In this document: positions 57,104 to 64,000 of the stretch, in pieces | How positions within the stretch are numbered: the stretch's first letter is position 1 | How the letters are laid out: each line of letters opens with the position of its first letter | Virus record (IMG/VR): IMGVR_UViG_3300032233_001072 | Location: 1 to 64,000 of that record | DNA from: an uncultured virus (IMG/VR IMGVR_UViG_3300032233_001072) | Lineage: Duplodnaviria; Heunggongvirae; Uroviricota; Caudoviricetes | Length of the DNA: 64,000 nt | Direction: 5' to 3' (one strand) | Position numbers and translations under genes: made by a program | Notes under the pieces: generated by a model | What the model saw: only the letters and a program-made list of their open reading frames with translations | Databases searched by the model: none | What the model was told of the DNA's origin: nothing

Positions 57104-58257
57104 TAGGCTGTGTACTCCTTGTTGTGGTACATCGCCCAACCTTCACGGATAGGGATCATTTCAAGGTTAAATTCAGCATCACCATCTTTGTAACTAACCA
57201 CACAAAGCCCTTGTTGCCAGTTCTCAGTAATGATCATCGGACGACCATCAAGGTCAATCCCACCTTTAGTGGAAGGAACTACTCCATCAACACGAGCAAG
57301 ACAGCCCGCAGAGGCCGCTAGGATCGTCTTACGCCCGTCATAATCCTCACGAGTCACTTCTGCCCACTCACGGCGATGAATGTGCCCATAGAGCACTGAG
57401 GTCTTTTCGTTAGCCAAATACATGTGTGCGGTAGAGCCATTGCTCTTGACACGGGTACCGTGAATAACTTTTAACTTCTGATTGATCCAGTAGTAGCCAG
57501 CAGGGTAGCCGGGGACGTACTTGACATTGAAGTCATCAAAACGACAGAGGAAGGGCACTGAAAGAACAGGCCAGTTGTCAGGGGTATCCCCACGACGTAG
57601 CCCAAAAGAAGCCTTTGCATTATCTAACGTGTAGTTAACAAGACGCTCTTCGTGGTTACCAGCAAGCCAAACAATTTCAGCATCAGGGGCAACTGCACGT
57701 AGACGAGCCATCAAGATGGTTGCGTAGTCAATGGCTCTTTGAGTAGTCAGTGCGTATGCAGGACTAAGGCGGTATTTACCAAACTCAGCAAAGTCAAGGT
57801 TGTCACCATGCATGACTACTTTGGCTGGCTTTAAGTCTTTGATCATTGCAACACAAATATCAATAGCCGCTTCATCATGGATGGCTTCTAGTTCACCTGC
57901 CACGTTACGGAAATAACCAATCTGCATGTCAGGTAGGACTACCGCAGTGTTCCATTCTGTTTTCTTTGGTGTTTTGGTTACATTACTTGTGGGTAACTTA
58001 ACTGCTGGCCCTTGGTGGACTGGGTCCCATTCAGGTCCTTCTGCCCACTTAGGAGAGAATTGAATAGCAGCAAGGTCGTGAATCTGTGCTTCACCTTCTT
58101 GGTCTTTGGTTAAAGACTGGTAAAGCGATACACGTTTTACAGAGCCAATTTCATTGATGTCAATGTTCTGACGATCAAGGATTTCAACAAGGCGACCAAG
58201 CGCTTGTGATTTGGATTCTGTTGGTCCTTTTTTTAATTCACTTGATAATTCGCTCAC
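57103..58257 (-). CDS. Calcineurin-like metallophosphoesterase
   Basis: DMQ, GDNLD, GNHE, HG, GHIH. Confidence 0.88.
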   Translation of the reverse strand: MSELSSELKKGPTESKSQALGRLVEILDRQNIDINEIGSVKRVSLYQSLTKDQEGEAQIHDLAAIQFSPKWAEGPEWDPVHQGPAVKLPTSNVTKTPKKTEWNTAVVLPDMQIGYFRNVAGELEAIHDEAAIDICVAMIKDLKPAKVVMHGDNLDFAEFGKYRLSPAYALTTQRAIDYATILMARLRAVAPDAEIVWLAGNHEERLVNYTLDNAKASFGLRRGDTPDNWPVLSVPFLCRFDDFNVKYVPGYPAGYYWINQKLKVIHGTRVKSNGSTAHMYLANEKTSVLYGHIHRREWAEVTREDYDGRKTILAASAGCLARVDGVVPSTKGGIDLDGRPMIITENWQQGLCVVSYKDGDAEFNLEMIPIREGWAMYHNKEYTA

Positions 58258-58516
58258 AAGAACACTCCTTGTTTACATGTCGTTGAACACTACTTACGCT
58301 TATGTCATGACCAACACTTCTTAGAATCTTTGCTAACCACGAAGTGCTGTATTGTTTGGATTTACCCATGCTTACGTCGTTACGAATAAGCAAAATAGAC
58401 TCATTAATATTGGTTTTGTCTTCTTCGTCAAGAACATTAAACACTTGCATAAACTTACAAGCGTTTGCACCTGCTGGGTGTCTAGGCGCTTTTAAAGCGT
58501 CTGAAAGTGCACTCAT
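58238..58516 (-). CDS. Small HTH-like protein
   Basis: STSWLAKIL...G..IS.SSVQRH...CSC. Confidence 0.7.
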   Translation of the reverse strand: MSALSDALKAPRHPAGANACKFMQVFNVLDEEDKTNINESILLIRNDVSMGKSKQYSTSWLAKILRSVGHDISVSSVQRHVNKECSCERIIK

Positions 58517-58560
58517 GTTGGCTCCTTGTGATAATTGTTTATCTGTTCACAAACACTATC

Positions 58561-58593
58561 ACAATGTTAACAACATTGTATTCAACTATGCAA
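58561..58593 (-). promoter_or_regulatory. Promoter overlapped by a palindromic operator
   Basis: TTGCAT-N18-TAACAT with ACAATGTT-N3-AACATTGT (58561-58579). Confidence 0.6.
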
Positions 58594-58596
58594 GCG

Positions 58597-58806
58597 TTAC
58601 TTCTTCAGATGCCAATCAATATGATCGTCTAAACGCTCTGCTACTTTGTCTACACCAGTCTGCACATTATCTAATTTACGCATAACAGCACCGTGGTCTT
58701 CATTATTGCTTTTTCGCATACCACGGAATTCTTTAATTGATAACCCGACAAGACCACCAATGGTCGTGATTACGGCAACAACAATGGTAGCGAGTGCAGG
58801 GTCCAT
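58597..58806 (-). CDS. Single-TM protein with a coiled tail (lysis-associated type)
   Basis: IVVAVITTIGGLVG; N.EDH...RLDDHI.WH. Confidence 0.7.
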   Translation of the reverse strand: MDPALATIVVAVITTIGGLVGLSIKEFRGMRKSNNEDHGAVMRKLDNVQTGVDKVAERLDDHIDWHLKK

Positions 58807-59996
58807 TATTCTCCACGGAAAGAAGAGTTGCGACCCTTGCGAGGCGATAATGAAATTGGGGTAGAAGAAGGTTCAACAGGTGCGCTACCATCCCCTTTCC
58901 ATTCTCCATGTCGTTGAAATTTGGCAACTTGACGAGAAGGGTCTACTTCACGAATAAAAGTAGTGTCAACTACCGCTTTCTTTCCAGTTTCCTTATCTGC
59001 AACTTTCTTACCACCTAAGTAAAGAAGCCCTCCTTCAATTCCAGATAAGTCTCTGTCTGTGTTTCTAGTGTCAGAAAGGTCACCTAAAGACCTACCATCA
59101 CTAGTTAGTAGTGGAGGTATTTTTACTGTTTTTCCAAAATTGTCAACAAAGATACCCGTGTGTGACTCAGGATCTGTACTGTACCGTGCTTTAGGAGATC
59201 TGCTGACAGGGACTGCAACCGCTCTGCCTTGTTCTTCTGAAGATTGACGCACCCGATCAGCAGTTGTTTCTTCAGTTGCACTAGTTACAATTGTAGTGTT
59301 TGGATGGTTTGGTTCATAAAACTCAGAACGTGGAATAACACCACGACTATGCGTTTTGCTGTATTCTACTTTTGCAATGTCAGGGTTTGGATGAAAAGAT
59401 GCTTCGGAACCTTGGAACATGTCAAACATTCCTTCGTGTGTTCCACCTGTTCTAATCAATGTTTCTAAATGGTTTTGAATGTTGTAAGCATGAAACATAT
59501 TGGCTTCATGGGTCATTACCCCCCAATACATGGCTGGATTTTCAAAACCAAATGAAGTGCGTGCTTGACGAGCAACGTGTGCGTTAGGAAAAGACATACG
59601 CCCGGACTCTGCCAAACATGCAGCACTACAACCTTTAGTTGCGTACCCACACGTATTGCAGCCACCGCCATGTACGTTATGGGGTTCTAGATAAGAAGTA
59701 ATTTGGTTAATATTTTCAATACGTGGAATGCCAGAAGTCCTGTTTGCCGCCATCTTGGCGCTTTCCGTAGTAAAAATACTAGGGTTAGGTCCGCCCCTAT
59801 ACGTTGTACCATTATGTTCTAAAACAGTATTTTGGGAAATGTTAGAAAAAGTTGCTTTTGCTTCTTCAAGACCACCTTTAGGGTCTGAGTAATACGCCAC
59901 TTCTTCTGGGGTAACTTTTGCTAACCCTTGCTGAAATCTTGTTAGTTTTAATCCCCAAGGATTAGAAAAGTCTCGTGGGTTAAAATACTGAGCCAT
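58806..59996 (-). CDS. GP88-like (radical-SAM-related) protein
   Basis: CGYATKGCSAACLAESGR, AR.ART, GDLSDTR..D. Confidence 0.6.
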   Translation of the reverse strand: MAQYFNPRDFSNPWGLKLTRFQQGLAKVTPEEVAYYSDPKGGLEEAKATFSNISQNTVLEHNGTTYRGGPNPSIFTTESAKMAANRTSGIPRIENINQITSYLEPHNVHGGGCNTCGYATKGCSAACLAESGRMSFPNAHVARQARTSFGFENPAMYWGVMTHEANMFHAYNIQNHLETLIRTGGTHEGMFDMFQGSEASFHPNPDIAKVEYSKTHSRGVIPRSEFYEPNHPNTTIVTSATEETTADRVRQSSEEQGRAVAVPVSRSPKARYSTDPESHTGIFVDNFGKTVKIPPLLTSDGRSLGDLSDTRNTDRDLSGIEGGLLYLGGKKVADKETGKKAVVDTTFIREVDPSRQVAKFQRHGEWKGDGSAPVEPSSTPISLSPRKGRNSSFRGE

Positions 59997-60004
59997 TACT
60001 TAAA

Positions 60005-60199
60005 TCACTTTCTACAAGAAGCATGTCCATCATTGAAGCACTTACGACGCAAGTACTTATTGGCAAAGCCTGCAAACACTGGTGCAATGGGCAACCCAGA
60101 TTGGGTAGTAGTGAGGGGAGCGTCGCCGCTCCCCTCTCCGCCTGCACTGGCGTCTACTGAACCGCTGCCGCCTTCTGTGGATGAAGCGGCGGAATCCAT
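60005..60199 (-). CDS. Small hypothetical protein
   Basis: Fills the gap between coupled genes. Confidence 0.55.
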   Translation of the reverse strand: MDSAASSTEGGSGSVDASAGGEGSGDAPLTTTQSGLPIAPVFAGFANKYLRRKCFNDGHASCRK

Positions 60200-60601
60200 T
60201 TAGTCGCTAACGACCGTGGCATTCATGCGGTTGGTGTGTGTGCCCGGGTTGAAGGCACGCTCAAACTGTGGCATTCCGTCGCCAGCCATTGCGCCTTGAA
60301 CGAAGTCAGACAATACAGTTGGGGCTTCAATCCACGATGCGGAACCTACGTGAGCACGCTCACGCATGGTGTCCATAGGGTGTTTGAAAACACCTTCAGG
60401 GTTGTTGTGGTTCATGCGACCGGGAGCCGATGAGGTGTCAAAGTAAGCGCCACGGGCAAAGTCATTTGGAACGTCGGTGTCAGTTGCGACACCTTCCTCA
60501 AAACGAAGCGGTCCCTTGTTCATCGGGATGCTAGGTGCATAGGTACGTTCAAAGACGTTTGGTGAACGCTCTGGGAACATTGGTGCGGGTGCTACATTCA
60601 C
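60200..60601 (-). CDS. Hypothetical, probable virion protein
   Basis: GGAGG RBS; GPLRFEEGVATDTDVP, ERAHVGSASW. Confidence 0.8.
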   Translation of the reverse strand: MNVAPAPMFPERSPNVFERTYAPSIPMNKGPLRFEEGVATDTDVPNDFARGAYFDTSSAPGRMNHNNPEGVFKHPMDTMRERAHVGSASWIEAPTVLSDFVQGAMAGDGMPQFERAFNPGTHTNRMNATVVSD

Positions 60602-60650
60602 TTATTTCCTCCAAATGGGGGGTTTGATACTACGTACTAGATTACCACTT

Positions 60651-62216
60651 TTAACGACTGAAAAATGGATTGTTTGCTACTTGCACCGTTGGAAGTGTTT
60701 CGTAGATAGTCATGGCACATGCGATAGCAAGAGAATCGGGGTAGTCGTCAAAGGCTCCCTTTTCATTTGGGGCTTCTGCCAACATAAAAGGACCTTTATA
60801 AACCTTCTCAAGGTCTCCCATTTGTTGCGTAAACCGTTTCCAAGATTTAACTCTCTTAGCCTTAGAGTGGGCTGGAATGACTAATTGGTCTCTCTGAATC
60901 AATTCGGTAAGATGTACCCAACGCTCGTGCTGTGCCCGAGAATCAGAAGAAACCCCGATGACTTCAATGTTAGGGAGAAGTAATTGGAGACGTTCCGCCA
61001 CAGCCCCACCAACACCTTGGGAGTCAACTCCAATGCGTAGGCAGTCGTAGTTTCTCAAGAAGTCAATGATCTGAAAGTATTGAGATTCCCATTCCTCGTT
61101 GTTAATTTCCAACCAGTTAAGAATGCGGTGTTCATAGAAACCAAATGGATCTGGATGATCCCAGTCAACCCACAGAACAGTAACCACCGTGGAGTCAGTA
61201 GATCGGGCAACGTCAATACCGACTACAACAGGGGTGCGCCACCAACTTCTTACGAGTGGCATCTGTATGTCAAATAAACGCTCTAAGCGTTCTTCGGTTA
61301 CAAACATTCCTCGTTCCAACATGAACCTGTTGCAGTAGGACATTTGGAATTCTTCGGAGTCTTCACCAATGCGTAGTTTTTCTTTAGAAATAAACTTGGC
61401 ATAGTTAGGGTTGTATTTAGCCGCAACCCTCCAGTCATACTCAAAATGGCATTGGCGTACTTTGCGTCCACCGTTTACTTCACGCCTTTTGTTGTACTGG
61501 ATCATTTTATAGAAGTAGGACTTCTGGCGGTTAGCCGTACCTGTGAGGCAGATAGAACCGTTGTTAAACGCCAACATCGGTTTAATTGACTTGGTAACCA
61601 TAAACTCGTCTGCTTCTTGAGCCTCGTCAATAAGGACGAAGTGATAAGTCTTAGATTCAATCTTTGCCTTGGGGTTACAAGTCTGCATACGGCAAAGTGA
61701 TCCAGAATTCTTTAGGGTGATAATTCGCCCTTTTCCTCGTGATCCACCAGACATCGCCTTGTCGTCAATCTCAGGGTCAAGCAAAAAGTCCATTGCATGG
61801 TCGCTAGTTAACTTGCTTACGATACGTCCAAACACAGTGTCTGCTTGGTCTTCTACGGGAGCAAAAACGCCAACCCAGAATCCTTTTTCAAATTTACCAA
61901 GCCACGTTGGATAGACCTTGGCAAGTTTGGGAAGGAGCACCATCATGGCAGAAAGCACGTTAGACAGTACTTCCGATTTACCTGACTGGCGTGTAGCAAT
62001 CACTGTCATTTCATCGCCGTCACCAAGAATCACTGATTCAATTAAACGGTACGCAATAGGTAACTGGTAAGGGAAGAATTTAGTGTCAGTAAAGGCTTCG
62101 GTGAATATGACTCCCCGTTTTACTAACTCATCTAAAAACTCTGCCGACGTATCGTCAAGTTCTGTGAATTCGTCTTCGGGGATTAGGTTTTCTTCTAGTT
62201 CTTCATCTGTAAGCAC
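60651..62216 (-). CDS. terL: Terminase large subunit
   Basis: RQSGKSE, IDEAQ, TGT, GIDVA, DDYPDSL; likely leaderless start TATGAT-N6-GTG 62216. Confidence 0.93.
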   Translation of the reverse strand: MLTDEELEENLIPEDEFTELDDTSAEFLDELVKRGVIFTEAFTDTKFFPYQLPIAYRLIESVILGDGDEMTVIATRQSGKSEVLSNVLSAMMVLLPKLAKVYPTWLGKFEKGFWVGVFAPVEDQADTVFGRIVSKLTSDHAMDFLLDPEIDDKAMSGGSRGKGRIITLKNSGSLCRMQTCNPKAKIESKTYHFVLIDEAQEADEFMVTKSIKPMLAFNNGSICLTGTANRQKSYFYKMIQYNKRREVNGGRKVRQCHFEYDWRVAAKYNPNYAKFISKEKLRIGEDSEEFQMSYCNRFMLERGMFVTEERLERLFDIQMPLVRSWWRTPVVVGIDVARSTDSTVVTVLWVDWDHPDPFGFYEHRILNWLEINNEEWESQYFQIIDFLRNYDCLRIGVDSQGVGGAVAERLQLLLPNIEVIGVSSDSRAQHERWVHLTELIQRDQLVIPAHSKAKRVKSWKRFTQQMGDLEKVYKGPFMLAEAPNEKGAFDDYPDSLAIACAMTIYETLPTVQVANNPFFSR

Positions 62217-62229
62217 ATCTCTATCATAC

Positions 62230-62268
62230 AAAAGTAAATGCCCCCGGTGTTAAACCGAGGGCATTTAC
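62230..62268 (-). terminator. Intrinsic terminator
   Basis: GTAAATGCCCTCGGT/ACCGGGGGCATTTAC followed by TTTT. Confidence 0.85.
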
Positions 62269-62269
62269 A

Positions 62270-62323
62270 AACTCTTGGGGAGGAGGTCACACGGAAAGGG
62301 GGAACGTGATGAACCCAAGAGTT
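62270..62323 (-). ncRNA. Candidate 3'-UTR structured RNA with anti-SD loops
   Basis: 10-bp closing stem enclosing UUCCCCCUUUC and GACCUCCUC. Confidence 0.4.
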
Positions 62324-62525
62324 AGAACAATGTTAGTTGATTTTCACTAGGTACGGTGGGCATATGGTGATCTTTTAGGAACTCTAAAGCCTCTTCTAAA
62401 ACACAGAAAATGTCATTACTACTGATTACAACTTTACCATGTGCGTCAAGTTCTGCAACTTGTTTGGGGTACCCGTAAACAATATCTGCCATTTCATTCA
62501 ACATGTTTACTACTGTTTTGCTCAC
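62322..62525 (-). CDS. Hypothetical protein
   Basis: AAGGA RBS; packed ORF. Confidence 0.65.
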   Translation of the reverse strand: MSKTVVNMLNEMADIVYGYPKQVAELDAHGKVVISSNDIFCVLEEALEFLKDHHMPTVPSENQLTLF

Positions 62526-62526
62526 T

Positions 62527-62757
62527 TTAGTCCTTTTTGTTTTGGCGTGACACGTACTCTAGCCAGAGAGTATTCACAATGTCAACTTGTTCACTAACAA
62601 GTTCTAAAGGAGCATCATGGAAACGCCACTGGTCGTAAGCGCCACCAAGAAACATGATGCTGTTGTTTAGCCAATCCAGTAGATCAGCATTTGACATCTT
62701 CTGTATGCGAGAAGGAGAAGGGATTGAATCATCTGATTTCTTTTTAAATATCGCCAT
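62527..62757 (-). CDS. Hypothetical protein
   Basis: TAATG coupling. Confidence 0.7.
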   Translation of the reverse strand: MAIFKKKSDDSIPSPSRIQKMSNADLLDWLNNSIMFLGGAYDQWRFHDAPLELVSEQVDIVNTLWLEYVSRQNKKD

Positions 62758-63089
62758 TACCAGTTGCCAATCTCGTGAGCAGTTGTGTCTAGCATACGCC
62801 CACCAACAGCATTTAAGATGCCTTCTTCGTCATTTTTAGGGGCTGTTTTTTTACAAAACCCTATTTGAAAACTATGTTTTCTAAAGCGAAATTGAACGCC
62901 TTTGCCAGTTCTCCACGGTTTATCAAGTTCATGCATAAACCCAAGAGACACTATTGGGGTGCCTTTACGAACGTAGTTACGGGTAATCCAATACAGATTG
63001 CCCACGGATTGCACAAGGTTCATAGAATCTTTAAACAGAAACCAAGATGCGACAAGTACTACAACAACTAATATACCTACGATGATCAT
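62757..63089 (-). CDS. N-terminally anchored membrane protein
   Basis: MIIVGILVVVVLVASW. Confidence 0.7.
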   Translation of the reverse strand: MIIVGILVVVVLVASWFLFKDSMNLVQSVGNLYWITRNYVRKGTPIVSLGFMHELDKPWRTGKGVQFRFRKHSFQIGFCKKTAPKNDEEGILNAVGGRMLDTTAHEIGNW

Positions 63090-63527
63090 TTACATATCCT
63101 GAAAGTAAGCGGCTTCTTCGTCTTTAGTAACCCTACTATACGGGTATTTGTCAAGCACTTCTCTAATAAACACCCCTTTAGACGGGGCTGAGAAAAAAGA
63201 AATATAAGTTGTATTGGGCACATCCGTATATTTCCACGGAGTATCCCTGTTAATAAACCTAACAAAGATAGTACCGTATAGGTTTCCAAAACCTTTTTCG
63301 GTAACGGGGATAAACTTAAAGGCTCTTACACGACTACTTTCATCTGGTGGATGATTGTTTCCGGGTACCCAAGCAATTTCAGTCAACGCAGTGGTGGGGA
63401 AAGAAGATTCTCGCCCTTCACGGATACGTGCACGTTCTTGCTCAATGCGCCCAGCACCCGTGTAAGTAGAAGTACCTCTGAAGTCTTGTATTTTACTGGG
63501 GTTCATGCCCCCTTTACGACGTGCCAT
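63090..63527 (-). CDS. KTSC-domain protein
   Basis: SSRVR..F..VRF...WKY.DVP...Y..F..APSKG.FI. Confidence 0.75.
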   Translation of the reverse strand: MARRKGGMNPSKIQDFRGTSTYTGAGRIEQERARIREGRESSFPTTALTEIAWVPGNNHPPDESSRVRAFKFIPVTEKGFGNLYGTIFVRFINRDTPWKYTDVPNTTYISFFSAPSKGVFIREVLDKYPYSRVTKDEEAAYFQDM

Positions 63528-63546
63528 TTAGTTATATTAGCAAGTA

Positions 63547-64000
63547 TTAAGCAGGCTTCAACGCTGGTGGCACTTTATCAGCAATGGCGTACTGCCAGTG
63601 CCATGCTTCAAACTCTGCTGACTTAGGGTCAGAACCTTGAAGGTAGAAACCATACTTAGGACCATTGGTGCACATCCATGCAAGCATCTTAGGGTGAGCC
63701 GAAAGGCTTTCAATCTTGCCCTTGATTTCTACACCAAGGTCAATAGCAAGACCCCATCCGTGGTTTGACTTGCCGGGAGTTGAGCAGGGGGCCATTCCGG
63801 GCTTGAGGTACCAAGTCACACCTTCGTAGGTACGGGTTACTTGTGGCTTGCGACCTTTGTCTTCTTTGGAGTAACGGTCAAGAAAAAGCGCCAATGCTGG
63901 CTCAAGTGGGCGGTAGTCACCAATGTTTTTAAGTTCAATACCAGCGGCTAAAGCAGCGTCGTACAAAGCATTAAAGGATTTAGCGGCGGTAGTCCACATT
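63547..64000 (-). CDS. M15 (VanY-like) peptidase, probable endolysin, 5'-truncated
   Basis: YRP, PGKSNHGWGLAID, EAWHWQY. Confidence 0.88.
   Translation of the reverse strand, partial: MWTTAAKSFNALYDAALAAGIELKNIGDYRPLEPALALFLDRYSKEDKGRKPQVTRTYEGVTWYLKPGMAPCSTPGKSNHGWGLAIDLGVEIKGKIESLSAHPKMLAWMCTNGPKYGFYLQGSDPKSAEFEAWHWQYAIADKVPPALKPA

Noticed and set aside
20021-62231. Inteins, introns or stop-codon recoding in recA, polA, dnaB or terL
   Set aside because: Lengths are normal, no splicing motifs are present, and genes are intact under the standard code.
147-63626. Many antisense and nested ORFs in the six-frame track (e.g. 5100..5639, 24352..24897, 25763..26221)
   Set aside because: They are shadows of well-supported genes and lack RBS or motifs.

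Overview
This window is a 64-kb internal segment of a tailed phage genome, cut mid-gene at both ends. It is most likely a contractile-tailed (myovirus) phage of Actinobacteria: it has two whiB genes, leaderless TANNNT-N5/6-start promoters, an Rpf-like domain in the tape measure, and a gene set reminiscent of Bxz1/E3-type actinophages. Layout: (1) 1-6331, + strand, presumed early region with an SNF2 helicase, a DUF6011-like gene, small acidic ORFs, DUF932 and WhiB, several preceded by a repeated multi-hairpin RNA leader ending in CCTGAGGAGG; (2) 6318-18400, - strand accessory genes: glycosyltransferase, secreted lysozyme-like protein, WhiB, nucleotidase, a degenerate TGT-like protein, a low-complexity small-protein cluster with three genes sharing an N-terminal leader, SpoVS and a resolvase; (3) 18439-31215, recombination and replication (Cas4-like nuclease, RecA, PolA, SSB, SNF2, primase, DnaB, DnaC-like loader, and an HTH initiator containing iterons); (4) a + strand island of basic proteins and Dps; (5) 33245-56148, baseplate, tail and head genes; (6) an Ntn-protease/phosphoesterase operon, a GP88-like gene, terminase, a KTSC-domain gene and an M15 endolysin. 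No tRNA, rRNA, CRISPR array, integrase or reverse transcriptase was seen. Best leads: the MAxGExTxxHPNR leader-cassette array (candidate capsid-targeting cargo system), the covarying early RNA leader with a possible antisense partner at 62270-62323, and a DGR-like variable region on a baseplate spike protein. All family assignments come from motif recognition by eye; no searches were run.
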